Below, one piece after another: positions 49,830 through 60,783 of a stretch of 64,000 nt of DNA. Positions within the stretch are counted from its first letter, which is position 1. Every line of letters starts with the position of its first letter. A program made the translations under genes and the position numbers. The stretch is from positions 372,001 to 436,000 of the forward strand of contig CP142731.1 in the NCBI GenBank assembly GCA_036630325.1, given 5' to 3'. Origin of the DNA: Vairimorpha necatrix. Taxonomy: Eukaryota. Under the pieces are notes generated by a model, which worked only from the letters and a program-made list of their open reading frames with translations, was not told where the DNA came from and ran no database searches.

Positions 49830-52530
49830 ATAGTTAACTAAGTTATATTATTAAAAGTTTTAGATATAGAGATAGTTATTCATATTATAAAAGCAATACA
49901 TGATTAATGCAATTCTTATCAAATTTTTTTTCATGTCGGCATACATAGGATATTTAGTACACATTTAAGAGTTCTTTACTTTTTAAGATTAAGCACTATT
50001 AAGTGCAGAGTGATTTTATAACTAATAGGTAAACATTGCTTAAAGTTTTGCTGCTGAGCTGCGCATCAAACTTATGCAAAAACATTAATTTGCATGCATA
50101 CACAATGTGCGATATCAACCGAGTGAAGTTTTCATTAAAATCTCTTCTTTATATCTATTGTCTAGTGCATCAATAGCATTACCGCAAAAAGCTAAATTTT
50201 ACCTAAATATAGTATTAATCGGAAAAAATGCAATTATAATTTAACAAAAAGGATTGAATAAAATTTTATTGTTTTAGTTCCAATATTTTATAAATTTAAT
50301 AAAAAAAGATGCAGCTTATGAAGCCGAATTTTAACTAAGGTCAAACTGATAATTCTAAGTTTAAATGCGTTACTAATATAATAAATGATGCAGTGCTAAC
50401 TATTATATATAGGGGGTTTATTAAATATATGTGCATGTTTTTCAAAAAATCGGTAAATATATTTGGCGCTTGTCTAAATTAAACTTCTGTATTGTTTTTA
50501 ATCAATGCTGTTTAAGCTGCAGATTATGAATTGTTTTTTTTTTTTTTTTTTGTGAAATACACACCGGAGATAATGTATTCTAACAAAAATTCTGTTAAAA
50601 TTTTGTAAAAATAGTTTTGATTAATATTTTTGTGTTTTTAAACTCAAATGTAATATCCAAATCATCTTGATTATCAAAATAAACATAAAACATTTAATCG
50701 ACAAATAAAATTAAGTCTATACGTCACTAATTGACGCTTTATTGCACTATAGATTTGATATTACTGTCTAACAACACGTTTTTTAATAGTATATATATAA
50801 ATCTTGTAAAATAATAAGTATTGGAAGTGCAGATGATAGTACGGTATAAGAACAGAATCATTTATATGTTTACTCGTGTATATTGTATTTTGCAATAAAA
50901 GACGGGATGATTAAAACATAAATTAAAATGCGGATTTCAGCTTTTGCCGTCTTTGAGACTAAAATGTTATCATTTTAAAGCAATAAAAAAGAATATAATA
51001 CCAACCTCGAATAATTATTTTGATGGTGTGAAATAAATCTAAGAAAAGATGTAAAAGCGGGGAATTCCTACAATTTAAATCTGAATAGCTAAAGCACTCT
51101 AATAATTATGTCTGTATTATAACTCTATATTCTTACTGATCATGAAATTTAGAATTGAAAGTATGCCAGGCCACAAAATTATTTAAATCAAATAAAACCC
51201 AATCTGTCTTTATTGAGTAATAAAATATTTTTCAGTGCAGTCGAATCTATTAATGAAGAACATTGGGATGTAGTCATACAAGTTTAAATTTTTACGAAGG
51301 CGTTTGTCCACTTAACAAATAAAAAGTCCAAATAGCATAATAATGTTGTATTTTATCTATAAAAGAGTGTACGAACATACTCAGTTTTTATAAATTAACA
51401 TTGCAATTGTAGAAAAAATTTTAAATCATCACCTCATGTCAGAAAAAATCTTAAAATTCTCGTTACAGGTAGTAAAATATTGAGATTTTGTTGTTTTTTA
51501 TAAGACTTTAAAGAAATTATAATTTTTTGTTTAGACCCAATATTCCTTTCTCTTACATTTCGATCTATATATCTTCATATAAAAACTAGTTAAAATACTC
51601 AAAAAATAACTCGATTTCTTATTCTTACATTTTCAATGTATCGTATGGCCTAAAATACATGTTTAAGCCAATTATTTATATTCTATAAGTTGGCATTATC
51701 ATCTTAAAGATCAAGTCTTTAGTATATTTAAATTCATTTCTAAGACTTTTTTTAAGCATCTTCACAAGTGATGATATTCTCCTCGTGTTTTAGCTATTCT
51801 ATTATGATATCATGGTAGGTGTTTATTTCATTGTCTCAGTACTAATAAAATTATTATATCAAAATTAATATACTTTATTGAGCAAACATAAAGACTTAGT
51901 TAAATAAAGTTTACAGCAAGATGTAAAATTATATATAACACGAATTTACAATGATCGAAAGAATTTTATTTTAAAATGCTGTAAATGAATCTGGAATTTT
52001 GGTATTATTGAAATGTAAGTGATAGTGCAATATACTCTAATATACTAGAAATAAAATACAAATATAATTTTTCGCCATAAAAATTTTTAAAAGAATTTTT
52101 GAAAATAATATTTTATTACATATTAAATGCAACAGTCTAATTTGAATCCGCTAGAATGTATCAAAGATCGCCTTAAGCAGTCTCAGATTTTCCCAGGCAT
52201 ACCCCCAAAAGATAATGACAAAGAACATGATCTTCTCTTCTCTTACGTATGTATAATAAATTAAGGCAGTAGTAATCACAAAAAATCCATTCGTCTTTCT
52301 GCAAATTGACGCATTTGATTGGCTACTAAAACTATTTAATTTATAAGTAAAATGAAGCCTACGTATCAATTCTGACGAAGTCTTAAAGGTATGTCCCACA
52401 AAATCTGTTTCTTACTTTTATTAATATTCGATCACATATTAAAAATGTTAATTTTTATTCATAATTTCCCCCTACTCTGTAAATCCTTAAAATATTTTCC
52501 CCATATAATAGTATATTCTTCTATTTTTAT

Positions 52531-52612
52531 GGCAGTGTGGCCGAGTGGTTAAGGCGGTTGATTCGAAATTAATTAAGTTTATCTTGCGCTGGTTCGAATC
52601 CAGCCACTGTCG
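52531..52612 (+). tRNA. tRNA-Ser(CGA)
   Basis: GGCAGTG/CACTGTC acceptor stem, TGGCCGAGTGG A-box, anticodon loop TTCGAAA, long variable arm, GGTTCGAATCC, downstream T-run. Confidence 0.93.
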
Positions 52613-52704
52613 ATTTTTTATATTTATAAAAAAGTATAAATTTAAGTTTTATTTTATCTATAAAGCACATTCTTCTTAATTATCGAACTTTAGTTCGATT
52701 TTGT

Positions 52705-54378
52705 TTAGTCAAGTCCGCCTGTTATAAATTTATCTTTTAATAAATCTTTCACTGTCGGTCTTTTCCTACAGTCTTCATTGAGACATGAACTTATAACAAA
52801 GTCTATTTGGTTTTTTATCTTTATATTCTTCCTTATATTTATTATATTCTCTTTCTTCTCTAAATATGTCTTATATGAGTCTAGAGGCGTCTTACCATAC
52901 CACAGTTCATAGAGAATTATCCCCAAAGACCAGACGTCACTGCTTCTTCTTTTCTTATTCTCAAAGAAGAGTTCTGGCGCGCAGTAGTTTAGAGTCCCGC
53001 ATACCATGTCCAGATCGAGTCTGGTTGTATTACTGCTGAGTATTTTTGATATGCCGAAGTCTATGATTTTAAGTTTGTTCTTTACAAATACAAAGTTTGC
53101 TGGTTTTAGGTCCCCGTGGATGATCCTGTTCTCGTGTATTCTGTACACGATAAGGAGTATCTCCTGCCAGATGTACCTGACTCTATTAAAATGAATGTGT
53201 AAATGTGCCCTTTGGCTCTTTATAAATGTACTCAAGACTAGTTCTCCGTATTCTAATAGGATAAATATGTTATCTGTCAATATTTCATAATCTACCATTT
53301 TGATAATCCCGTCTACATTCTCAAGTTTCTTAAGTAAATCTATCTCTTCCAGGAGTAGGCCCTTCAGGGTACTGTCCATTTCTATATTTATGATCTTTAA
53401 GGCGTAGAACTCGTTCTCGTAAAATACCTTGTAGACTTTACTACTTCCTCCTTTGCCTATGATATTTATCTTCATAAGCTTCTTTTTATTTATATAAAAA
53501 TAGTCTCTTTCTTTATTTACTGGTATATTCTCTTTGTCTTGTACTATTCTTAGTAGATTTGTATCTTCTCCGAATGTACAATCTTCTATTTTACATTTTA
53601 TTACATTTTCTTTATTTACTACTTCGTCCATATATGAATACTTATTTACATCATCAGTAATGGGCGTATTGGGGAAGATTCTATAATTCCTCTTTAAAGA
53701 AGGAGAATAAGAGACATCAGTAAACTGGACTTTAATATTTTCCATGACATTATTTTTAATCTTGATATTTTCAATATTTATGTTCTCTGTATCATTCTTC
53801 TTTATTTCATGAATATTTATATCGTTCTTAGTTATAAAATTATTCTTTATATAATTTATATCAATATTCTTTATATCGTCGTTATTCGTTATAATATTTG
53901 TATTAATATTCTCTTTTTCAATATTGTTTTGATCATCATTATTTTTTATATCTTCTTTATAATTTGGTGCATCGTTGATCTCTTCTATGGTCAACCACTC
54001 CTTTCTCCAAGTATAAACAAACTTCTCCCTATCTTGACTATTTCTAACTTCTTGTAAAAACCTCAATATCTTTTCTTTATCTTTAAACTCCTTAACATTC
54101 AGGAACTTTATACCTTCATCAACAATCTTATCAACTTTACTTTTACTAATTATCAAAAAACTAACATATTCTCTCCAAAAACACCAGTACTTAAAATATT
54201 TCAATTTACTAGTCTTAAATATCACCAATATGTCATCGCTCTGAATATAAATCAAACATTTTATATAATTCAAAAAGATGATTACCATGTAATCATCAAC
54301 AAGAAAATCTTTCTGGATACTTTTAAACAAGAGACTCAGTTTTTGGGAAGAAGATTTTGGTTCATTTAACTTGTCCAT
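52705..54378 (-). CDS. MPS1: Mps1/TTK family spindle checkpoint kinase
   Basis: C-terminal kinase with IGKGGSSKVYKV, HGDLKPANF, LKIIDFGIS, GTLNYCAPE, SDVWSLG (Mps1-type signatures). Confidence 0.88.
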   Translation of the reverse strand: MDKLNEPKSSSQKLSLLFKSIQKDFLVDDYMVIIFLNYIKCLIYIQSDDILVIFKTSKLKYFKYWCFWREYVSFLIISKSKVDKIVDEGIKFLNVKEFKDKEKILRFLQEVRNSQDREKFVYTWRKEWLTIEEINDAPNYKEDIKNNDDQNNIEKENINTNIITNNDDIKNIDINYIKNNFITKNDINIHEIKKNDTENINIENIKIKNNVMENIKVQFTDVSYSPSLKRNYRIFPNTPITDDVNKYSYMDEVVNKENVIKCKIEDCTFGEDTNLLRIVQDKENIPVNKERDYFYINKKKLMKINIIGKGGSSKVYKVFYENEFYALKIINIEMDSTLKGLLLEEIDLLKKLENVDGIIKMVDYEILTDNIFILLEYGELVLSTFIKSQRAHLHIHFNRVRYIWQEILLIVYRIHENRIIHGDLKPANFVFVKNKLKIIDFGISKILSSNTTRLDLDMVCGTLNYCAPELFFENKKRRSSDVWSLGIILYELWYGKTPLDSYKTYLEKKENIINIRKNIKIKNQIDFVISSCLNEDCRKRPTVKDLLKDKFITGGLD

Positions 54379-54388
54379 AACAAAATTG

Positions 54389-55412
54389 GGCTAATGTCGG
54401 CTTTAGGAGAAAATTTTCGATATAGGGTTTTTTTGTTTTTTTTTGCCCCTTTTTTTCAAAAATGGAGGAGAAAAAATGTGGAGGAAGAAACAAAAATAAA
54501 AATTAAAACAATAAATTTATTAATGCTTCAAACACAGAACTAGAAGAATTTCTTTGAAGCATATACCCGAATAAATAAAGTTTCGCGCTCCGAACTGATC
54601 TATTTCTATTTGGTATAGAATTTTTTAAAGATCGCCAATTACCTTCTATGGTATTGGTATGAACTCCAGTAAGTGGGTCTCTAAAGTGTAGAGAATGATT
54701 TACCATTAGATGTTGGTTAAATATTAAGCCTAAATTATGGTAGGCTCTCCACATATCGCTATAAATTATACTATTTCTGTCTACATATTTTAACAAAAGA
54801 TTAGTTAGCGTTATTTGGTCTCTTTTCTTAATATATATAAATATAATTCGGCGGTGTATGGTACGTTCGACCATACCAAAACACCAGAAACCTTTCACAA
54901 TTCTACCTCTATTATTCTTATTCTTGCCAATCTTCGTCTCATCGATTTCCACTACTGTGTTTTCACCGCCTATAACGCCAATACTAGATAAATATTTTTT
55001 ATAAATATCCAATTCTTTTAACTTTTTTAGTATAAATGACACAGATTCCGCTGAACAACCCAAAATTTGACAAATAGATTTTCGAGGATATCCTAGAATC
55101 CACATATTAAGTATTTGTAATACTGTAATATGGTTAAGTCTAGAATCTTGGAATAAAGTACCTTTCCATATTGAAACTGTTTTTTTACAAGTACTCCATT
55201 TACACTTCAAGATAAGTTTTTGTTTATTCTTTATTATCATCTGACCATCACATAATTCACAATATTTTATTTTATTTTTGGTTATTAATGCATTATAAAT
55301 GTTTTCTAATTGCTCTCTTGTTTGAATTTTCTCCTCCATTTTTGAAAAAAAGGGGCAAAAAAAAACAAAAAAACCCTATATCGAAAATTTTCTCCTAAAG
55401 CCGACATTAGCC
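54389..55412 (-). mobile_element. Intact, probably young Merlin transposon (1024 bp, ~86-bp TIRs, 8-bp TSD CAAAATTG)
   Basis: TIRs GGCTAATGTCGGCTTTAGGAG... match by eye; TSD at 54381-54388 and 55413-55420; uninterrupted transposase. Confidence 0.97.
54503..55339 (-). CDS. Merlin/IS1595-family DDE transposase (278 aa)
   Basis: N-terminal CxxC...CxxxxC zinc ribbon, VVEIDET, IYSDMWRAY, HTNTIEGNW. Confidence 0.93.
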   Translation of the reverse strand: MEEKIQTREQLENIYNALITKNKIKYCELCDGQMIIKNKQKLILKCKWSTCKKTVSIWKGTLFQDSRLNHITVLQILNMWILGYPRKSICQILGCSAESVSFILKKLKELDIYKKYLSSIGVIGGENTVVEIDETKIGKNKNNRGRIVKGFWCFGMVERTIHRRIIFIYIKKRDQITLTNLLLKYVDRNSIIYSDMWRAYHNLGLIFNQHLMVNHSLHFRDPLTGVHTNTIEGNWRSLKNSIPNRNRSVRSAKLYLFGYMLQRNSSSSVFEALINLLF

Positions 55413-55624
55413 CAAAATTGTATAAGTCAAGTGAAGTGAAAATTGATTCCATAAAGATGGGTGAAAAATTCGGAACTTGGATTATGCGAAAAAAAATTTA
55501 TTTATGCTTTTTTGCATAAACAGTTTGTTTGTTAACAAACAAAGTGAAATAAACCAAATATTTAATTTTAAACAAGGATTTATGTATTTATTAGATGCTG
55601 CATTACTATGATGATCTTTAATAT

Positions 55625-55909
55625 TTAGTCAAATTTTATTACATCTCCTTCATTAAAAGCAGGCATTCCCAAATATGGACACCCACTACATCTGAAAGCA
55701 TCTCCTTTGTAACACCCTCCACATGCACTTTTTACTTCTTCTTTTTTGTCTCTTAATTCACATGTACAATTTGCACACTTTTTCTTGTTTATTTTTCTCT
55801 CTGTAGGTTGTTTGACTATTTTGTCTTCTTCTTCTAGAAAGTCGTCATCATTTAAAATGTCTGGATTTTCCATGGCTTCTTTTAGTAATTTTTTCAAGTG
55901 TTCGTTCAT
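55625..55909 (-). CDS. DRE2: Minimal Dre2/anamorsin (cytosolic Fe-S assembly)
   Basis: KKCANCTC and [26 protein letters not shown] (CIAPIN1 motif); CCC upstream of ATG. Confidence 0.92.
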   Translation of the reverse strand: MNEHLKKLLKEAMENPDILNDDDFLEEEDKIVKQPTERKINKKKCANCTCELRDKKEEVKSACGGCYKGDAFRCSGCPYLGMPAFNEGDVIKFD

Positions 55910-56119
55910 TTTGATGGGTAAAAAAACAACTCTTTAATTTTTCATAGTTTTGTCAAATATTTGCTATAATTTTCACTTCTAGTTCAGTAACATGCCAATT
56001 CAAAATATAAAATTATGTAATATATTATCAATGTATATTATTGTAAGAGACATTTAAACATTTCTATACAGAAAGAATACTTAGTGCATTTTTCAAAATT
56101 TTATTTTTTTTCTGTCCCC

Positions 56120-56473
56120 ATGAAATTAGTAAGTTGGTGTAAACCTCCTCTAAAATCTCAATATTCTATTCCTCAAATCCCAAAAGATTACAAAATTTTC
56201 GGTATAAAATACTCTTCTAAGAAAATGCCTCTTTCTAATATTAAAGAAATGGTAAAAGAGAGTTTTAGTAAATATTTACTCTTATTAGAGACTTCTGATA
56301 ATAAATATGTAGAAGAAATAGAGAATATTCATTTGCAGATAAATGAAATATTGAATGAGAATAAAGATTTAGAAGTAAAAGCCAAATTTGATAAATTGAA
56401 AAATGAGACAATAAAAGAAAAAAATAGAATATTGGAAGAAATAGAGAGCGAAATGAATAGTAACATATTCTAA
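56120..56473 (+). CDS. Probable Mediator subunit Med7-like protein
   Basis: True start likely the ATG at 56120 after CCCC. N-terminal PP...P.IP..Y..FG, then helices with IHLQINEILN, resembling Med7. Confidence 0.55.
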   Translation: MKLVSWCKPPLKSQYSIPQIPKDYKIFGIKYSSKKMPLSNIKEMVKESFSKYLLLLETSDNKYVEEIENIHLQINEILNENKDLEVKAKFDKLKNETIKEKNRILEEIESEMNSNIF

Positions 56474-56646
56474 GTAAACTTAAAATTGTTCTATAGCTTT
56501 TAATAAAAAAAATCAATATAAAAAAAAATTAATTTAAAAAATTTTACAAATCATGTATGGAATAAAATAGGAAACTTAAGTTAATTAACACTAATATTGT
56601 GTGTTTTTTATTATATTAAAAATAAGGACAACTCTAAATATTTTAT

Positions 56647-57036
56647 TTAATTAAAATCTGCACTCTTTTTAGACATGTCATACCAGGCTTGCTTAATAAA
56701 CTCACTCTCCACTTCTACTTTATTCTTTAACTCATTGTTTTCCTTAATTAAATATTCAAGAATCTCTCCGTCTTTCATTTGGTACTGAGACAAGATCTCA
56801 AAGTAATAGTCAAGTAAATTATCATCTAAAGATATATTATTTATATCGCAGTGCATGACCAGAGCTAAGCCAAGCAGATCATCTTTACCGACTTGAGATG
56901 ATAAAAATATCTTATATTTAGACTTATAATATGAATTTACACTAGAAAATAAATCAAAAGGAGAAATGTTCAACAGCTTGGCGACTTCAGAAGGACGCGC
57001 TTTTACAGACAAAATATCTTCCAAGGCGTCTAACAT
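56647..57036 (-). CDS. Hypothetical protein (129 aa) with C-terminal coiled coil
   Basis: Intact ORF in the compact core, CCCC upstream. Confidence 0.75.
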   Translation of the reverse strand: MLDALEDILSVKARPSEVAKLLNISPFDLFSSVNSYYKSKYKIFLSSQVGKDDLLGLALVMHCDINNISLDDNLLDYYFEILSQYQMKDGEILEYLIKENNELKNKVEVESEFIKQAWYDMSKKSADFN

Positions 57037-57068
57037 AAAAACAAGAGGGGTAATAAGTTAATCATTTA

Positions 57069-57809
57069 TTATATGTGAGACAACATTAATATCAATATTT
57101 CAACAATAAACTGTTTATAATTTACGACACCACTAGTAACCTCAGGTTCATCAGCCGGGTCATCGTCGTCATCTGTTTTCTTCTTTTTCTTCTTATCTTT
57201 CTTGTCTTTTGAAGTCTTAGACTTGGATTTGTCATTTGGATCTTTAGAACTTCCTTCTTTGGTCTGTGGATCGGAACTTGTAGTGCTTCCTAAAACACCG
57301 CCAATTAGATTTTGAGAAGGTGGATCTGAACTACCTTGTCCTGCTGTGCCTTGTGAAGATGTGTAACTACCTTGTCCTATTTGACTCTGAGACGGTGGAT
57401 CATATCTGACTTGTCCTGTTGTGTTTGGTGGTACTGAAGAATAATTAGACAGTGCTTGTCCTCCACTTGACCATGCGTTATTATGACTTGGTTGATAGTC
57501 TGACACTTTGATTATAGGATGATTCATCGAATTAGTAATCTCTTCTGCTGTAGGTGCATAAGTCTGGAATTCTTGCTCTACAGTTCCATATCTATTTGCT
57601 GCTGGATTTACTTCAGTCTGCGCGACACTTGTATTAGTCCCTTGATCCAATGTAGTGACAGTAATTACTCCTCTATCATCTGTACTGATATTATAAGTAA
57701 CACTATCATTCATAGGAAGTATTTCTGGAGCTGTATCAGTAATTACTATTTGTGGTCCACTGGTATTAGACTTGGCTAAAATGGTGGGAGACACCAGAAA
57801 AAATAACAT
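57069..57809 (-). CDS. Secreted or GPI-type S/T/G/Q-rich surface protein with a poly-Lys/Asp segment (246 aa)
   Basis: Hydrophobic N-terminus, low-complexity core, KDKKDKKKKKKTDDDDD, hydrophobic C-terminal tail. Confidence 0.8.
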   Translation of the reverse strand: MLFFLVSPTILAKSNTSGPQIVITDTAPEILPMNDSVTYNISTDDRGVITVTTLDQGTNTSVAQTEVNPAANRYGTVEQEFQTYAPTAEEITNSMNHPIIKVSDYQPSHNNAWSSGGQALSNYSSVPPNTTGQVRYDPPSQSQIGQGSYTSSQGTAGQGSSDPPSQNLIGGVLGSTTSSDPQTKEGSSKDPNDKSKSKTSKDKKDKKKKKKTDDDDDPADEPEVTSGVVNYKQFIVEILILMLSHI

Positions 57810-58467
57810 TAAAAAGTGTAAAAAATTTTTCTTTTATTTTTTATTTTTGGAAAATGATCATGGACTGGTCTTGTACAAACAAACTGGGAAAAAGGAAACA
57901 AACTACATTTATATCCTATTAGGAAAAAATATGCGAATTTTAAGAATTAATTAATTTTTTAAATGTTAAGTCTTAGGTACTTTAAAAATGCTCCATAGAT
58001 ATATTCTTTAAATATGAGCTTAAATTGTGTTAAAATCATAAGTAAAATATTGTGTTATGCATGTTTTTATGACTTTATTATTTCAAAGTAAATTTTTACA
58101 TATATTTATGTCTTAAAATTTATTTTTTATTACAAATCTAAAAAAATAATGATGCTAGCTTTAAAAAAAATATAAATCATATATAGACAACATATAATAA
58201 GTATGTAAACAATTTTTTACGTTTAATGTACATACACAGAAGACTAGGATATTCATAAACAATTTTATATATGACCCATAAAGACTAATTTTTTTATGTC
58301 TAAAATATTCCTTTTAAAATCTCAATTATCTCTTAGACTCTTGGTTTTTAATAGACAAAAGTGTAAATATAGACTAAAATGCTTAAAATTATTTCTATAC
58401 AAAATGATGTTTAAAATTTTTTTCTATACAAAATGATACTCTAAAGTTCCTGCTTATAAAATAATTT

Positions 58468-58565
58468 ACTATGAAAGTTTTTAAAAATAAAGTACTATGG
58501 AAGTTTTTAAAAATAAAGTACTATGGAAGTTTTCAAAAATAAAGTACTATGGAAGTTTTTAAAAA
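58468..58565. repeat. Minisatellite, ~26-bp unit x ~4
   Basis: TACTATGGAAGTTTTTAAAAATAAAG in tandem. Confidence 0.85.
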
Positions 58566-58609
58566 TTAATTACTTAACTTTTCAATATAAAATACTATAA
58601 ATTTTTTTT

Positions 58610-60355
58610 TTATTTATAAATTTTCTTAATCAGTAAATCCCTTTGTATCCTCATTATTCTTATATCTTTCTCATCAATACATTCCCTTTCTTTCTTCATT
58701 TCATCCCTCAATATCTCTATATATTTATAAATATCTTTCCCATTAATTTTCACTTTTTTTAATATTTTTTTATATTTATTACTTAATTCCTCTATTCTAA
58801 GTTCTAATTCTTCTTTCCTTTTTTCTTGTCTTAATATTCTCTCGTTTACTTTCTTATATAATTCATCTATCTTCTGTTTTTTTAATATTAAACTGTCATT
58901 TGTCGTTATTAATTCGTAATAAAATTTCCTATATTTGTCTAATACTTCTTGATCAAATTTCTTAAGAATTTGTTTGTTATCTTTACTATCAATTATAAAT
59001 GTAGTCCTGAGATTATCCAAATTATTTATTATCTTCGGTATATAAGATATCTTTTCATTTTTATCTTTTTTAATTTCTTTACTATTTATTATTATTTGGT
59101 CTTTACTTAATAAAATATCTTCGTCTTGATCTTTATAAATACATTCCATTCTTCCTCTGATTATGATACTAGGATAATCTTTTAGTACTATAGTATCTTT
59201 ATCTACTAAATATAATTTATTACAATTATATATTTTATAATCTGAAGTATTATATTTATATTTTAGTATTAGTATTTTATCAGATATTTCGTATACTTCT
59301 ACACTAGATTTATAAAATAAGAAGATGTTTTTATTTACTTCTATAAATTCAATGGACTCTTCTGAGTCCATTTTGATTATATTTAATGGATTATTAAGAT
59401 TTATACTAGTCATATTAGTATAGAAATATTTCTTATATACCTTATTATTAGTATCTACTACCCAGATAAATTGAGAATCAAGTGTAAAATCTCTAATATT
59501 TTCTGATAAAATATAAGAGACGGTTTTTAATATACCTACTAATTGGTTTTTATTATTAATAATTAAAATGAGATCCCCGAAAATAGAATATTTTTTTATA
59601 ATTATACTAGCGTATGCTTTCCCGTTTTGAAAACGGGATCTAAATGTTTAGTTTTATAATATGTCTTTGATCCTTAAATTTTGTTGAGTTTCCATTTTGG
59701 GATGATTGAATTTGGCAGATTTAGACGTGATTTTAAAACATACTTTTTAGTGACATATAAGGTAGTATTGTTGTTTTAAAACATTTAATAATCTCAATAA
59801 AATATATTTGAAAACTTATAAGCTCAATTTTTGACGCTTACATTCAATTTCTTCTTTTGTCAATTGTTTTTAAAATTTTTGTAGAAGGGTTAAATAAATT
59901 CTAAAAAACGATTCTGACGATATTTTGGAACTGAGTTTCACAAAAGTAATAATCATAATAAAAATGTATTAACTAATAACATACACACTTAGAATAGTCA
60001 AATTAAAGCAATAAATTTATATTTGATATTTAAATAACATAGTAAGCTATAATAAAAAGTTTAAAGTTTACAAAATCATAAAAAAGAGGGGTAAAAAATT
60101 AAATAAAATTCTTTTATATATATGATTTATAGAGTTAGAATTGTATAAGATTTTATCTTTATAAATAAAAATGAGATCTGAGCCCAAGAAGTCCAGGCCG
60201 AGAAGGTTTAGAGTTTCTACTTTATTAATGAGTTCTGATGAATTTTTGAATAAATTTTGTTTATACAGTTCGCCGTTGCGAATGAAATATAAGAAAGGGT
60301 TTTTGTATACAGAATGAGAGAGATCTTTGAGAGAAGTGTTTTTATAAAAATGCAT
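58610..60355 (-). pseudogene. ~408-aa host gene (beta-rich N-terminus, C-terminal coiled coil) interrupted by a Helitron
   Basis: CCC-preceded ATG at 60355. Removing 59607-60125 joins ORFs 60068-60382 and 58610-59413 in frame (...NSI-N-IIIKKYSIFGDL...NMTS). Confidence 0.8.
59607..60125 (-). mobile_element. Non-autonomous Helitron (519 bp)
   Basis: 5' TCATATATATAAAA; 3' hairpin TCCCGTTTT-C-AAAACGGGA 9 nt before the terminal CTAG; inserted between A and T with no TSD. Confidence 0.87.
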
Positions 60356-60409
60356 TTGGGGCTTGAAAAAGGAAACAAACAAAATTGAATATTATTTATA
60401 AATTCAAAG

Positions 60410-60498
60410 ATGTTTTTAATAAGCTTTAAATATTTTCAATAAACTTTAAATATTTACAATAAACTTTAAATGTTTTCAATAAACTTTAAATATTTACA
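60410..60498. repeat. Minisatellite, 20-bp unit x ~4
   Basis: TTTAAATATTTTCAATAAAC in tandem. Confidence 0.8.
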
Positions 60499-60562
60499 TT
60501 TTGCATAAACAAGAAAATTATTTTGAAACTTCCATAAGATACATCGAAATTTTATTTTTTTC

Positions 60563-60655
60563 TAGTGTAAAGATAAACACTAATATGACTAATGTAGAGA
60601 TAAACACTAATATGACTAGTGTAAAGATAAACACTATTATGACTAGTGTAGAGAT
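60563..60655. repeat. Minisatellite, 27-bp unit x ~3.5
   Basis: TAGTGTAAAGATAAACACTAATATGAC in tandem. Confidence 0.85.
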
Positions 60656-60783
60656 TGCTTTCCTTAAATTCAAAATCACATAAGCTTTTGGCTTTTTTTT
60701 TGTAGAATGTTTACAAGTTCATGCTTTTTAAACTAATGCGTAATTTCACATGAAGTCTTTTTAATGGGCGTTATTATTAGAAA

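Noticed and set aside
52151-52399. 82-aa ORF or snRNA candidate next to the tRNA
   Set aside because: Non-ATG start, no snRNA consensus; partly matches the dispersed repeat at ~23555
59641-59695. In-frame TAA codons after a CCC-ATG, suggesting stop-codon recoding
   Set aside because: They lie inside the Helitron insert, and TAA terminates many normal genes in the window
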